DNA from: an archaeon
Lineage (GTDB): Archaea; Nanobdellota; Nanobdellia; Pacearchaeales; GW2011-AR1
Assembly: GCA_043822125.1 (NCBI GenBank)
Contig: JBDRCB010000006.1
Location: 123,520-187,519 of the forward strand
Direction: 5' to 3'
DNA length: 64,000 nt
Part shown: positions 48,403 to 58,399 of the stretch, in pieces
Numbering within the stretch: position 1 is the first letter of the stretch
Layout of the letters: each line of letters opens with the position of its first letter
Made by a program: the position numbers and the translations under genes
The notes under the pieces: model-generated
The model's input: only the letters and a program-made list of their open reading frames with translations
Told to the model about the DNA's origin: nothing
The model's database searches: none

Positions 48403-48708
48403 TCATTCATTTTTGCTCTCCAAATACTTCAAAAATTCATCTTCATTTAATTCTTTTTCTTGAACATCTTTTCCTTTCCAACTGCATTTTCTGCACTCCC
48501 ACTCTTTTCCACCACCTTCTTCTGAATCCAAATTACTCAAAATCACCCCAACATCGTCGCTGCTACATTTAGGGCACACTTTTATTTTATAAATCTTCCC
48601 TGTTTTTTTTGATTTATTTTTTATCCCCCCTAATTTTTCATAATCTTTCTTAGAATCATATCCTTCTAAAATCCATCCTGGTGTTGAAAGTTTTGATTTT
48701 TTAGGCAT
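48403..48708 (-). CDS. Zinc-ribbon protein (hypothetical). Start trimmed to the internal Met downstream of the gyrB stop
   Basis: CPKCSS...CRKCSW zinc-ribbon. The track ORF 48403..48771 would overlap gyrB. MPKKSKL at 48708 is the likely start. Confidence 0.3.
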   Translation of the reverse strand: MPKKSKLSTPGWILEGYDSKKDYEKLGGIKNKSKKTGKIYKIKVCPKCSSDDVGVILSNLDSEEGGGKEWECRKCSWKGKDVQEKELNEDEFLKYLESKNE

Positions 48709-48709
48709 T

Positions 48710-50593
48710 TTAAATATCCAAATTCGCCTGTGCGGCATTTTCCTGTATGAATTCTTTTCTTGACTGAACATCGTCGCCCATCAGCATCGAAAAAGTCTGG
48801 TCTGCTAAAATAGAGTCTTCAATATAAATTTTCTTGATTTTTCTCGTCTTAGGATTCATGGTTGTATCCCACAGCTGATTTAAACTCATCTCACCAAGTC
48901 CTTTAAATCGTGTTATATTTGCAGTCCCAAGTTTTTCTGTTATTTTTTTAAGTTCAGCGTCAGAATAAACATAATAATCTTTATTTTTTCTTATTCTATA
49001 TAATGGAGGCAAAGCGACAAATATCTTTCCGTTTTTTATCAACTCGGGCATAAACCTGAAAAAGAAAGTGAGTAATAAAGTTTTAATATGTTCTCCGTCA
49101 ACATCAGCATCTGTCATTATGATTACTTTTCCGTATCGCAGTTTATTTAAATCAAATTGTTCTCCGACACCTGTGCCGGTTGCAGTAATCATATTTGTAA
49201 TCTCTTCGCTGGACAGAGCACGGACAGGATTTGATTTTTCAACATTCAAAATTTTTCCCTTCAAAGGAAGAATCGCCTGAAATTCCCTGTTGCGCGCATT
49301 TTTCGCACTTCCTCCTGCACTCTCACCCTCGACAATATAAAGTTCAGTATCTTCTGCTTTTTTTCTGGAGCAGTCATAAAGTTTTCCAGGAAGCCCTCCA
49401 AGTGAAAATGCATTTTTTCTCCTTACAAGCTCTTTTGCTTTTTTTGCAGCAAGCCTTGCTTTCACAGCTTCATAAGATTTGGAAATAATTTTTTTCGCAA
49501 TCAAAGGATTCTCCTCAAAAAATTCAGCAAGTGCAGAAGTGACTATTGAATCAACAAGCCCTCTCACCTCGCTGTTTCCGAGTTTTGTTTTTGTCTGTCC
49601 TTCAAACTGCGGTTCTGGAATCTTTATGCTGATAATCGCAACTAAACCTTCGCGAACATCGTCTCCTGAAAAAGACTCGCCGTTTTTCAAAGTGCCTTTT
49701 TTCTTTGCATAGTCATTTAAAACTCTTGTCAGAGCAGTCTTAAATCCAGAAACATGCGTCCCGCCTTCAATAGTATTAATAGTATTTACAAATCCATAAA
49801 TCGCATCTTTATATCCTGAATTATACTGAATTGAAATTTCAACAAGAATATTGTCTGATTCTCTTTTAAAATAAATCGGCTTGTGCAGAACTTCTTTTGA
49901 CTTGTTCAGCCACTTCACAAATTCAATCAAACCTCCTGAATAAATAAAATCCTCTTTCTTTCCCTTAATGTTATCTTCAAGATGAATTCGCAGTCCTGCA
50001 TTTAAAAAAGCAATTTCCCTGAATCTTGTTTCCAAAACTTTAAAATCAAAGTCAATTATTGAAAAAATTTCATCGTCAGGCCAGAAAGTTATTTTAGTTC
50101 CTGTTTCATTCTCGTCGCAGTTTCCAACAACAGATAATTTTGTTTTTGCATCTCCTCTTGAATATTCCTGACTATAAATTTTTCCATCTCTTTTTATTTC
50201 AGCAATTAATTTTTTTGAGAGTGCATTTACGCATGAAACACCAACTCCGTGCAGTCCTCCTGAAATAGCATATGATTTTTTGTCGAACTTTCCGCCAGCA
50301 TGCAGTTTTGTCAGTGCAACCTGAACAGCAGGTATTTTAAACTGCTCGTGGGTATCAACAGGAATTCCCCGGCCGTCGTCTTCAACAGTCACAGAGCCAT
50401 CGGAATTTATTAAAACATTTATTCTTTTGCAGTAGCCGGCGAGAGCTTCATCTACAGAATTATCAACAACTTCGTATACAAGGTGGTGCAGTCCTTCTTT
50501 CCCTGTGTTCCCAATATACATTGCAGGGCGCTTTCTGACTGCCTCCAGCCCTTCTAAAACTTTAATTTGAGTTGCGTCATATTTACCAGTCAT
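48710..50593 (-). CDS. gyrB: DNA gyrase subunit B
   Basis: GHKL ATPase motifs (LHHLVYEVVDNSVDE, GLHGVGVS), Toprim (EGESAGGSAK), C-terminal GyrB tail. 627 aa. Confidence 0.95.
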   Translation of the reverse strand: MTGKYDATQIKVLEGLEAVRKRPAMYIGNTGKEGLHHLVYEVVDNSVDEALAGYCKRINVLINSDGSVTVEDDGRGIPVDTHEQFKIPAVQVALTKLHAGGKFDKKSYAISGGLHGVGVSCVNALSKKLIAEIKRDGKIYSQEYSRGDAKTKLSVVGNCDENETGTKITFWPDDEIFSIIDFDFKVLETRFREIAFLNAGLRIHLEDNIKGKKEDFIYSGGLIEFVKWLNKSKEVLHKPIYFKRESDNILVEISIQYNSGYKDAIYGFVNTINTIEGGTHVSGFKTALTRVLNDYAKKKGTLKNGESFSGDDVREGLVAIISIKIPEPQFEGQTKTKLGNSEVRGLVDSIVTSALAEFFEENPLIAKKIISKSYEAVKARLAAKKAKELVRRKNAFSLGGLPGKLYDCSRKKAEDTELYIVEGESAGGSAKNARNREFQAILPLKGKILNVEKSNPVRALSSEEITNMITATGTGVGEQFDLNKLRYGKVIIMTDADVDGEHIKTLLLTFFFRFMPELIKNGKIFVALPPLYRIRKNKDYYVYSDAELKKITEKLGTANITRFKGLGEMSLNQLWDTTMNPKTRKIKKIYIEDSILADQTFSMLMGDDVQSRKEFIQENAAQANLDI

Positions 50594-50759
50594 TTTAGCA
50601 ATTTTTGAATTTATTTTCGGCAGAAATTCTGTCCAATTTACATAAAAAAGTGCTTCATCCTTTATAAACTTTTTCCCTATAAAAAGTGGTTTTATCGTCG
50701 GTAAAATAGAAAAATCTATAAATTAAGTAGATTTAAAAAATAAAGTTCATAAGAGATAC

Positions 50760-51044
50760 ATGGGCTATAAAAAAACTATAATATTCCTGTTTATAATTTT
50801 AATTTTTTTAATAGGATTATTTTTATTTAATCTGCAAAAATACAGCTTAACTGGGAAAACAATTCAGGATAAATATTCATACACAAAAGCGATCTGCAAT
50901 GATTCAAATTACTGCGAAGATTATGAAATTATATGCGAAGAAAACAGTTTAATTAGAATGAACCCAACCGGAGCTGTGATTCAGCACGATGAAAATTGGT
51001 ATGACCCAAGAGATAATGAAACAAAAGAGAAGCTGTGCGAATAA
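50760..51044 (+). CDS. Small membrane-anchored Cys-containing protein (hypothetical)
   Basis: 94 aa, N-terminal TM helix. Confidence 0.3.
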   Translation: MGYKKTIIFLFIILIFLIGLFLFNLQKYSLTGKTIQDKYSYTKAICNDSNYCEDYEIICEENSLIRMNPTGAVIQHDENWYDPRDNETKEKLCE

Positions 51045-51048
51045 ATAA

Positions 51049-51219
51049 TTATTTTTCTAATTTCTTATTTTTAGAAATCCATCGAACCTTTCTCCTTTTC
51101 ATCTGCATATTCTTTCTGCACTTAGCAGAACACAGATGCTGAATCTTTCCGTCGCTTTTCACAAGAGTCAATCCTTTATGAAAATCATAAACTTTCCCGC
51201 AATAAACACATTTAGACAT
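51049..51219 (-). CDS. rpl24e: 50S ribosomal protein L24e
   Basis: Hand translation gives MSKCVYCGKVYDFHKGLTLVKSDGKIQHLCSAKCRKNMQMKRRKVRWISKNKKLEK, the C4 zinc-ribbon L24e pattern. It is missing from the ORF track because it is shorter than 60 aa. Confidence 0.7.
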   Translation of the reverse strand: MSKCVYCGKVYDFHKGLTLVKSDGKIQHLCSAKCRKNMQMKRRKVRWISKNKKLEK

Positions 51220-51220
51220 T

Positions 51221-51511
51221 TTAAGTATAAGCTCCTTTTGAAACTTTTGATTTAATTCTTCTTGCTTCTATTTCAGTTTCTCTCAGCATTAAAAAATCCC
51301 CAACGCGAACAGGTCCTCTTACATTTCTCCTCATCGCTCTCCCTTCGTCTCTTCCTTTCATAACAGTACATTTAACCTGTGTAATCTCTCCTCGAAATCC
51401 AGTCCTTCCTATAATCTCGTCAACTCTTGCAGGAACAGGCTCGCCTAAAATTTTCTCGCTTCCCTTAGAACCTGCTTGTTTTTTCTCCTGTTGTTTTTGA
51501 GTTTTAGCCAT
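51221..51511 (-). CDS. rps28e: 30S ribosomal protein S28e
   Basis: [55 protein letters not shown] matches the S28e core. Confidence 0.8.
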   Translation of the reverse strand: MAKTQKQQEKKQAGSKGSEKILGEPVPARVDEIIGRTGFRGEITQVKCTVMKGRDEGRAMRRNVRGPVRVGDFLMLRETEIEARRIKSKVSKGAYT

Positions 51512-51520
51512 TTTAGAAAA

Positions 51521-51823
51521 CTATTTCAATCCAGCAATGTCTTTTTCAGCATCTCCAGCGTCGATAACTGCGACAGACGAAGCTGAAACAGGCAGCCCTG
51601 CTGCAATACCAAGTTTTTGTTTGCTGTCCACTTCTTTGCATGGAACTTTTTTCTCCTTGCATAAAACAGAGATATGTTGAACAATTTCCTTCGGATTAAC
51701 ATCTCCAGCATAAACTACAAATTTCGCAGTCCCTCTTTCTATTGCTTTAGTAACCTCATTAGTTCCTTTTTCTATTTTGCCGGTTCTCTTTGCCTTTTCA
51801 ATTATTTGATATGTGTCAGCCAT
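51521..51823 (-). CDS. rpl7ae: 50S ribosomal protein L7Ae (K-turn binding)
   Basis: KAKRTGKIEKGTNEVTKAIERGTAKFVVYAGDVNPKEIVQHISVLCKEKKVPCKEV matches L7Ae. Confidence 0.85.
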   Translation of the reverse strand: MADTYQIIEKAKRTGKIEKGTNEVTKAIERGTAKFVVYAGDVNPKEIVQHISVLCKEKKVPCKEVDSKQKLGIAAGLPVSASSVAVIDAGDAEKDIAGLK

Positions 51824-51954
51824 TTTATTAACAGAACAAAGTCCTCACAAAAACTTTGCTCATCGGATAAATGATTGAGAAAAATTCAGTTTATAAATTT
51901 TTGGTTGGAGAAAAACATAGAAATTAATTTAAAGATATTTTTCCTTTAGGAGAG

Positions 51955-52362
51955 ATGGGAAAAAATTTGTTTGTTCAAATGAACGAATTAGCAAGAGAGC
52001 AGGAAAAACTTTCAAAAAAAAGAGCAGAAGAATATTTTACAGAAAAGGGGAGAATAGATTGGAAAAAATTAGCAGAATTAAAAAGTAAAACAGAAGATAG
52101 TAATGAATATTCTGAAATAGAAGAGGAGGTATTAAGAAAGGGGGTAGATATAAAAGATCTAAGTTATGTGGGGCTCGGAAATTACTTTCCAACTAGACTT
52201 GGAGAATGGTTAGGGCCTTTTAATGGAGATCTTCCAGTATATTTCGTAACGCAAAAAGGGGTAACAGAGTATTGTAAATATCTCAAACCTCGGATAAAAG
52301 AATATAATCTCTCCCAAGTTATAAGAAATATTAAAGAATCAGAGAGGATAATAGAATCATGA
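51955..52362 (+). CDS. Hypothetical protein
   Basis: 135-aa ORF. Confidence 0.3.
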   Translation: MGKNLFVQMNELAREQEKLSKKRAEEYFTEKGRIDWKKLAELKSKTEDSNEYSEIEEEVLRKGVDIKDLSYVGLGNYFPTRLGEWLGPFNGDLPVYFVTQKGVTEYCKYLKPRIKEYNLSQVIRNIKESERIIES

Positions 52363-52661
52363 AAAAAGAAATTGAGAAACCCTGGTGTGTTTATGACGTA
52401 TTTACTAGACTTTTAGGGGTTGGAAAAGTGATAGAAGATTGTGGTGTATCTGTTTCTATTCTTTATTCAGAAGGTCAACATAACCCTCCTGAAGAGTGGA
52501 ACACTTTGCGTGTAAGAAGATTTGATACATTAGAAGAGGCAATAGATTATTATATCAAAAATCGTTCTGGAGGAGATATTAAATGTGAAGAGAAGGGAGG
52601 TGAGGGGGTAAGAAAAAAAGTAGAAGAAAAATTTCCATCATATTTTCAAAATAAAAAATAA
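52359..52661 (+). CDS. Hypothetical protein (4-nt overlap with the upstream ORF)
   Basis: 100-aa ORF. Confidence 0.3.
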   Translation: MKKEIEKPWCVYDVFTRLLGVGKVIEDCGVSVSILYSEGQHNPPEEWNTLRVRRFDTLEEAIDYYIKNRSGGDIKCEEKGGEGVRKKVEEKFPSYFQNKK

Positions 52662-52997
52662 TCATCTCCAAAAACACACAACTTCTAAGTCTTTTTTCAA
52701 ACTCATTGATTTAAGGACTGTTCTCCTTATATCCCTTGCCAAAGAAACAACAGGTTCATCAATATTTTTTTCAATTTTTTCTTTATACTCCTTATCTAAC
52801 TCACTCTGCATGATTTTTAGTCTATCGTCTTTATAACTTATTTTATATTTTAGAACTTTTTTAGAGCCAAGGAAATTATCAGCGTCATAAAAAACTTTTT
52901 TAATAGAAGGGCAGTACAAAATAAGTTCATTCCAGTTTCCAGAATTAGCACATCTAAATTCAATTTCAGTATCCTCGACTTTAGCAATAATACTCAT
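52662..52997 (-). CDS. Hypothetical protein
   Basis: 111-aa ORF. Confidence 0.3.
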   Translation of the reverse strand: MSIIAKVEDTEIEFRCANSGNWNELILYCPSIKKVFYDADNFLGSKKVLKYKISYKDDRLKIMQSELDKEYKEKIEKNIDEPVVSLARDIRRTVLKSMSLKKDLEVVCFWR

Positions 52998-53076
52998 ATT
53001 ATATCTAAATTAAAATAATTTTTAATGATTTATATGATAAAACATATATTTATTCCAAAACTTAAATTAAATCTTA

Positions 53077-53331
53077 TTATAAAACAGGGTCAATATAAAC
53101 TGCATTTACTAATCCTGTATCTCTCGCTTTTTGCGCAAATTCTTCTGCTTCTTCCTCAGAATAAAATCCATAAAAAAGATGTGTTCTTGCATTATATCTC
53201 CCAGCAAATCTTGGAATTTCAGTCGGAGCATTACCTATTTCTTTTAGAGTTTTCTCAATAATCCTAAATTCTTTATAATCCTGAACCACATGTAATCCTA
53301 AATCAATTGCTATTTGTATAAACCATGTCAT
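53077..53331 (-). CDS. Hypothetical small protein
   Basis: 84-aa ORF. Confidence 0.25.
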   Translation of the reverse strand: MTWFIQIAIDLGLHVVQDYKEFRIIEKTLKEIGNAPTEIPRFAGRYNARTHLFYGFYSEEEAEEFAQKARDTGLVNAVYIDPVL

Positions 53332-53454
53332 GATAACTACTTATGACGACAATATTTAAAGATTATGATGCTGTATCACTTTCACCCAACTTCAACATCA
53401 TCTGTTCTCAATGTTTTTTGCTCTGCAAAAAATATGTCGCAAAAGAAGTTCAAA

Positions 53455-54471
53455 TCAATCCCTCCTCCAACCTATTTGAACTTCGTCAGTCCTCTGACGT
53501 GGTTTTATATCAACTTTATCTAAATTTTTATAAGAAATTCCAATTCCCGCCTTGAACATAACTTCTCCTAAATAAGCAATCATAGCCCCATTATCAACAA
53601 GCAGAGAATTATCAGGAACAAAAAATTTTGTCTTATCTTTAGGGTTATTTTTTCCTCTCTCCTCACACATTATTCTGCACATCTCCTGAAGTCGCGAATT
53701 GCACGCAACACCTCCACCCAAAAGCAGTTCTTTTTTTCCAGTGTGAGCCAGAGCCCTTTCAGCAGTCTCGACAAGCATTGCAAAAACAGTCTCCTGTACA
53801 GAAAATGCTAAATCCTCTATTTCATATTTTTTAGATTCAATTTTTTGCTTCAAATTAGTTAATACTCCTGAAAAAGCAACATCCATGCCTTTAACTTTAT
53901 AAGGGAGTTCAATAAATTTCGCTCCTTTCTCAGCAAGTTTCGCAATTACAGGCCCCCCTGGAAAACCAATACCTGCATATCTTGCAAAATTATCTATAAA
54001 ATTGCCGACGCCAATGTCAAGTGTCTCTCCAAAAATTCTGTACTTGCCGGATTCATATGCAATCACTTGTGTATTTGCCCCAGAAACATAAAGCATAACA
54101 GGATCTTTTGCTCCAAATAAATTCCCAATCTCAAGATGAGCGATGCAGTGATTAACAGGCACCAAAGGGATTTTTAATTTTTTAGAAATCTCTTTTGCAA
54201 ATTTTATCCCCTCAATCAAGCAGGGTGCGAGCCCAGGTCCCTGAGAAAACGCAACAGCATCAATCTCATTTTCATTAACTTCAGCTGTTTTCAATGATTC
54301 AGAATAAACCTCATATTTAATTTCGCTGTGATGCTTCGCAGCGTCGACAGGAATTATCCCTCCTTTTTCTGTTGTATAACTCCTTTTAATATTTGATAAA
54401 ATCTTTCCATTCTTGACAACCCCCACACCAAAAGTATGTGCTGTGCTCTCGATTCCTAAGATTAATACCAT
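53455..54471 (-). CDS. kae1: tRNA N6-adenosine threonylcarbamoyltransferase Kae1 (Kae1/TsaD family), not fused to Bud32
   Basis: MVLILGIESTAHTFGVGVV..., metal-binding HxxxH-type region (HCIAHLEIG), ASKH fold, length 338 aa. Confidence 0.85.
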   Translation of the reverse strand: MVLILGIESTAHTFGVGVVKNGKILSNIKRSYTTEKGGIIPVDAAKHHSEIKYEVYSESLKTAEVNENEIDAVAFSQGPGLAPCLIEGIKFAKEISKKLKIPLVPVNHCIAHLEIGNLFGAKDPVMLYVSGANTQVIAYESGKYRIFGETLDIGVGNFIDNFARYAGIGFPGGPVIAKLAEKGAKFIELPYKVKGMDVAFSGVLTNLKQKIESKKYEIEDLAFSVQETVFAMLVETAERALAHTGKKELLLGGGVACNSRLQEMCRIMCEERGKNNPKDKTKFFVPDNSLLVDNGAMIAYLGEVMFKAGIGISYKNLDKVDIKPRQRTDEVQIGWRRD

Positions 54472-54656
54472 TTACTCATCTCTTTAGCACAAGATTTAAT
54501 TTCTTCAGGAGACAAATAAAACCTCTTCAATTTTTCTAAGATTTTATCATTCTCCTCAAGAACATTCTCACATCTTTGAATAAAATTATCCATAAAAAAC
54601 AGAATAAAAATCAAGTATATAAAATTAATTAAAAAAAATAAAAATAAAAAGAATAT

Positions 54657-54830
54657 TTATCTTTTCTTCTTTTTTACTGTTCTTTTCTTAGTTGCCTTTT
54701 TCTTTGTGGCTTTTTTCTTTTTCTTTCCGCCACGAGCCATTTTAGCTTCGCAGACATTTCCTTTGCCATCTACATAGTAAAGGTGTCCTGGCTTTCTTTT
54801 GACAACATTTTTAACAAGTACTTTTCCCAT
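54657..54830 (-). CDS. Unannotated 57-aa small basic protein with a poly-Lys tail (hypothetical)
   Basis: Hand translation gives MGKVLVKNVVKRKPGHLYYVDGKGNVCEAKMARGGKKKKKATKKKATKKRTVKKKKR. Confidence 0.25.
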   Translation of the reverse strand: MGKVLVKNVVKRKPGHLYYVDGKGNVCEAKMARGGKKKKKATKKKATKKRTVKKKKR

Positions 54831-54919
54831 CGTGTTGTTTGACTTGCGTATTAACGCAGATAAATCAAGTTAGTCCTACCTCCTTTTTATTATTTATAAT
54901 TTCTACAGCAAAAGTATAT

Positions 54920-55288
54920 TTAAATCTTTCTGTTACCGACGAGAAATTCCAAAATTTCCCTATATTCCTCTTTTACAGGAATTTCAATCAATTTTGTGAA
55001 AGAATTTTTCGGGCACACAGAAATGCTGAAGGGCTTCACAAGAGAAATCTCAATAATTTTATTTTTATCATCTATCCAGACAGCAAAAAATGGAAAAAAA
55101 ACAAACAGGGAATGTATTGCATTTTTAACAGGTTTTTTAAAATTAAACAATAATGCCCTTGAATTTCTCCGTCGGCAAAACATCAATCCTGCAAATCTTC
55201 CAAATAAAGAAAGCTGTTTTACTTTTAGGAACTTTCTTCTCCCTCTATACAACAAACCAACCTTTTTTTCCATTTTTTTTCTCCTCAT
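54920..55288 (-). CDS. DUF192 (COG1430) family protein
   Basis: GLMFCRR...LLFNF...AVWIDDKNKIIEI...KLIEIPV pattern typical of DUF192. Confidence 0.45.
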   Translation of the reverse strand: MRRKKMEKKVGLLYRGRRKFLKVKQLSLFGRFAGLMFCRRRNSRALLFNFKKPVKNAIHSLFVFFPFFAVWIDDKNKIIEISLVKPFSISVCPKNSFTKLIEIPVKEEYREILEFLVGNRKI

Positions 55289-55676
55289 ACTCTCTGTAAT
55301 ATTTATTTACATTTCTCTCACAGACAAAATCATGATGCTTAAACCCTCCTCCGAAAGTTTTTGGGATATGCATTAACTCATGGATAATTGTTTTTATCTG
55401 CTCTTCTCTGCTGAATTTGTCAAATCTTTCTGATAAAAATTCCAAGGCATAAAAAGATTTAACTCCGACTGCCTTCTGCATAAGTTTTCCAAGTGCATGA
55501 CAGCGGGCTATTGTCCTTCGGGAAGATGTTCCAAAACTCCTGAAGCACTTGACTCTCTCAACCACAATATGAGGAAACAAAAATTTTGAAATCTCCTCTG
55601 CAATAATCTGAATATCAGAAGCAAATTCATATCTCATAAAAAACAAATAAAAGCAATGTTTAAATATATTATTCAA
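55245..55676 (-). CDS. Putative zinc metallopeptidase (SprT/DUF45-like, HExxH)
   Basis: IIHELMHIPKTFGGGFKHHD. It overlaps the downstream DUF192 gene. The likely start is the internal MRYEF. Confidence 0.4.
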   Translation of the reverse strand: MNNIFKHCFYLFFMRYEFASDIQIIAEEISKFLFPHIVVERVKCFRSFGTSSRRTIARCHALGKLMQKAVGVKSFYALEFLSERFDKFSREEQIKTIIHELMHIPKTFGGGFKHHDFVCERNVNKYYREYEEKKNGKKGWFVV

Positions 55677-55687
55677 ATTTTAATTTT

Positions 55688-56209
55688 ATGATAAACAAAA
55701 TAAAAGAAGGTATATGGCAGATTGAATTCAGTCTGTTCGGCTCTTGTGTTTATATTCTTAAACATAAAGGAAAAATAATTGTGATTGACACAGGGGCAAG
55801 ATGGAACAAAAAAGAATTGCTGGAAAAATTAAAAGAATTAAAAATGTCTCCTCCGCAGGTTGATGTTGTCATACTTACTCATAATCATTTTGACCATACA
55901 GGAAATGTAAATATTTTTAAGAATGCAAAAATTTACGGGGGAAAAGAAGATTTTAAATCAGAAAAAATCTTCGACGCAGATGACTTAAAAATAAATGGAA
56001 TTGAAATAATTAAAACTCCCGGGCATTCAAAAGGAAGCGTCTGCATTTATCTTGAAAAAGAAAAAATACTTTTTTCAGGAGATACAATTTTTCATCATGG
56101 AATGACAGGAAGAACAGATCTTTCTGGAGGTTCTGGAAAAGATATGAAAAACTCCCTAAAAAAAATAGAAGAAATTAATTACAAGTTCCTGTGTCCCGGG
56201 CATATTTAA
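55688..56209 (+). CDS. Metallo-beta-lactamase-fold hydrolase
   Basis: ILTHNHFDHTGN (HxHxDH) and GDTIFHHG. Confidence 0.7.
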   Translation: MINKIKEGIWQIEFSLFGSCVYILKHKGKIIVIDTGARWNKKELLEKLKELKMSPPQVDVVILTHNHFDHTGNVNIFKNAKIYGGKEDFKSEKIFDADDLKINGIEIIKTPGHSKGSVCIYLEKEKILFSGDTIFHHGMTGRTDLSGGSGKDMKNSLKKIEEINYKFLCPGHI

Positions 56210-56415
56210 ATCACTTCTATAATCTTATTTCTCGACGAGAATCCTGATTTTATTTCAACTTCTCTTTCAAAATATTTTTTAAGAATCTTAACAACTTCAG
56301 CATTTGCCCTGTTACTATCAGGTTTCTTAGTTATCCAGATTTCATAAGAAAAATCATCAATTTTCTTTATTTCAACTCTTGAAGAATTTGCGTGAACTTT
56401 TACATTAATTCTCAT
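56206..56415 (-). CDS. DUF167/YggU-like protein
   Basis: MRINVKVHANSSRVEIKK....ITKKPDSNRANAEVVKILKKYF matches the UPF0235 pattern (V.PnAk...i). Confidence 0.45.
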   Translation of the reverse strand: MRINVKVHANSSRVEIKKIDDFSYEIWITKKPDSNRANAEVVKILKKYFEREVEIKSGFSSRNKIIEVI

Positions 56416-57775
56416 TTTTCTTTTTCCTTCTTATTACTAAGACAATAATTACTATGGAAACTAAAAATATCAGCAACGCCAAGAACCATATAGTGAAGGA
56501 TATTTTTTCAATTACAAAAAGATCATAACTGCTCGCACTGACATCTCCATAACTAACTTTTGAATAAAATAAATAATCTCCCATCGGCATATCTTTAGGA
56601 GATTCTAAGAAGATAATTTTGCTGAAAAAATTATATATTGCAAAACTTTCTTTTTTTATGTCATATGTTTTATTGTCAAAATCAAGTATATAATATTCCA
56701 GTTCAACATCAATATTTTTCAAATCACCAAGGTTCAAAACTGTAACATTCGCCAAAATTCTCTCTCCTGGAAGAACATATTTTTTAAGGACACTTGTCTC
56801 TATGTCAAAAAGAGGAGCCTTATCTTTTACATCTAAAATAACTCTCACTGATTTCTGCAAAGTTCCGTAAGCAAAATTAATTTTTCCCACATAAACATCT
56901 GCTTTGTCCCTGTCAGAAAAATAAATATCAAATGAAACTATCTTACTTTCTCCTGCTCTCAAAAAAATCCTATCTGTTTCAGGAAAAACATATTGTTCAA
57001 GAGAAGGAATAGAAATAGTCACAAATATATCCCCTGTCCCATTGTTGGTAATTTTAACTTGTTTTTGATAATGTTCTCCTTTTGTTAATTCAACTAATAA
57101 AATGTCCTTATCTAATGCAAAATCATAAACTAACGAGGGAGTTACTGCTCCTGCTCCCTCTGGTGTTACTGGGCATGTTCCACAATCAGCAGAACAACTA
57201 CTGCAGTCTTCCCCTGCTTCACAAACTCCATTACCACAGATAGGAAGAGTTGAACCTTCTCTCACACTATAAGAAGAAGAAAAATTTTCAGCAGTAAAAA
57301 CTAAAATACCCCATTCATAGCTTATCTGAGTGCAGTCAGAGCAGACAACACCGTCGTGGAGAATCTCAGGAAGTACATAATTTAAATTATAAATGGAAAT
57401 TGTTACAGATTTATTCAAATAAGGAAGCATAAAATTATTTATTGACACAAGATTATTTGATATTGTTAAATATCTATCAAAATCAACAACATTGCTCGCA
57501 TTTGCAACCTTGCTGAAATTAACCACTTCATTAAAAACAACTTTTCCGTAGCTTGTTTTTTCCAAAGTTACATCATTAAAATTCTGGATTTCGTATGTTG
57601 TCTTTCCTGTGAATACACTCGTGGCTCCGTCAAAAGTGCTAACTAAAAAGGAAATCCCAACGCTGATAGAAGAGCCCACGCTCCTCTCAACAACATTTCC
57701 AGACAAAGCTGATACCAAACCAATCAGCAGAACAACCAGCAGACAAACACCTCTTCTCATTAAAAAGAATAACAA
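56405..57775 (-). CDS. Surface protein with C-terminal TM anchor and Cys-rich segment (hypothetical)
   Basis: N-terminal hydrophobic signal (MLFFLMRRGVCLLVVLLIGLVSA). GNGVCEAGEDCSSCSADCGTCP. C-terminal TM helix followed by RRKKKNEN. Confidence 0.4.
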   Translation of the reverse strand: MLFFLMRRGVCLLVVLLIGLVSALSGNVVERSVGSSISVGISFLVSTFDGATSVFTGKTTYEIQNFNDVTLEKTSYGKVVFNEVVNFSKVANASNVVDFDRYLTISNNLVSINNFMLPYLNKSVTISIYNLNYVLPEILHDGVVCSDCTQISYEWGILVFTAENFSSSYSVREGSTLPICGNGVCEAGEDCSSCSADCGTCPVTPEGAGAVTPSLVYDFALDKDILLVELTKGEHYQKQVKITNNGTGDIFVTISIPSLEQYVFPETDRIFLRAGESKIVSFDIYFSDRDKADVYVGKINFAYGTLQKSVRVILDVKDKAPLFDIETSVLKKYVLPGERILANVTVLNLGDLKNIDVELEYYILDFDNKTYDIKKESFAIYNFFSKIIFLESPKDMPMGDYLFYSKVSYGDVSASSYDLFVIEKISFTIWFLALLIFLVSIVIIVLVIRRKKKNEN

Positions 57776-58363
57776 TTATTTCTTTTTATTCTTTTTCTTT
57801 CTTAATAAATTTATCACAAGTAGTATTGAAGCAATCAACCCGACTGTAATATAAATTAAACTGTAATTTCTTGTATGAGGAACACATTGAATTTTGATTC
57901 TCAATGGTGCAGAAACAGACATAGTAGTAGAAGAGCCCCCTGTCCCGCCGATTGCAATCTCCTTGGGAACTTCCATAACTTCAACTTCCCCTTCATAAAC
58001 TTTCTGCGGTTCTGTGCACTCCTGCTTGCATATTAATCTATTAAATAAAAGACAATCTTTTTTGTATATCTTCGGAGTTTTAAAGCAGAACTCCACTGGA
58101 ATCGCATCTTTACTCGCTGTTTCAGCAGGAACATATTTAGTTTCTGATTCAATATAAGTTACAATATTCTGAAGCTCCTGAGAAAGATTTATTTGAACAT
58201 AAGAATCTTTTGTCCACGGATTATAAACTTTATAAGTCAAACAGGTTTTAGTAGATTCAGGAACAAGAGAACTTTCCCTGTCCCACGCCAAGCCGACTCC
58301 TGCTGATATAAACGACAATAAAAATACTATTAACAATGCTGTAATTAAAATATTCTTATTCAT
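57776..58363 (-). CDS. Small surface protein with C-terminal TM anchor (hypothetical)
   Basis: Signal peptide. C-terminal LIYITVGLIASILLVINLLRKKKNKKK. Confidence 0.35.
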   Translation of the reverse strand: MNKNILITALLIVFLLSFISAGVGLAWDRESSLVPESTKTCLTYKVYNPWTKDSYVQINLSQELQNIVTYIESETKYVPAETASKDAIPVEFCFKTPKIYKKDCLLFNRLICKQECTEPQKVYEGEVEVMEVPKEIAIGGTGGSSTTMSVSAPLRIKIQCVPHTRNYSLIYITVGLIASILLVINLLRKKKNKKK

Positions 58364-58399
58364 TTTTTATTATGTCTACGGAATTTGCTGTTTTATTCA

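Noticed and set aside
49068-49712. Plus-strand ORFs within gyrB and similar ones within gyrA (46211..47167)
   Set aside because: They are antisense to highly conserved gyrase genes.
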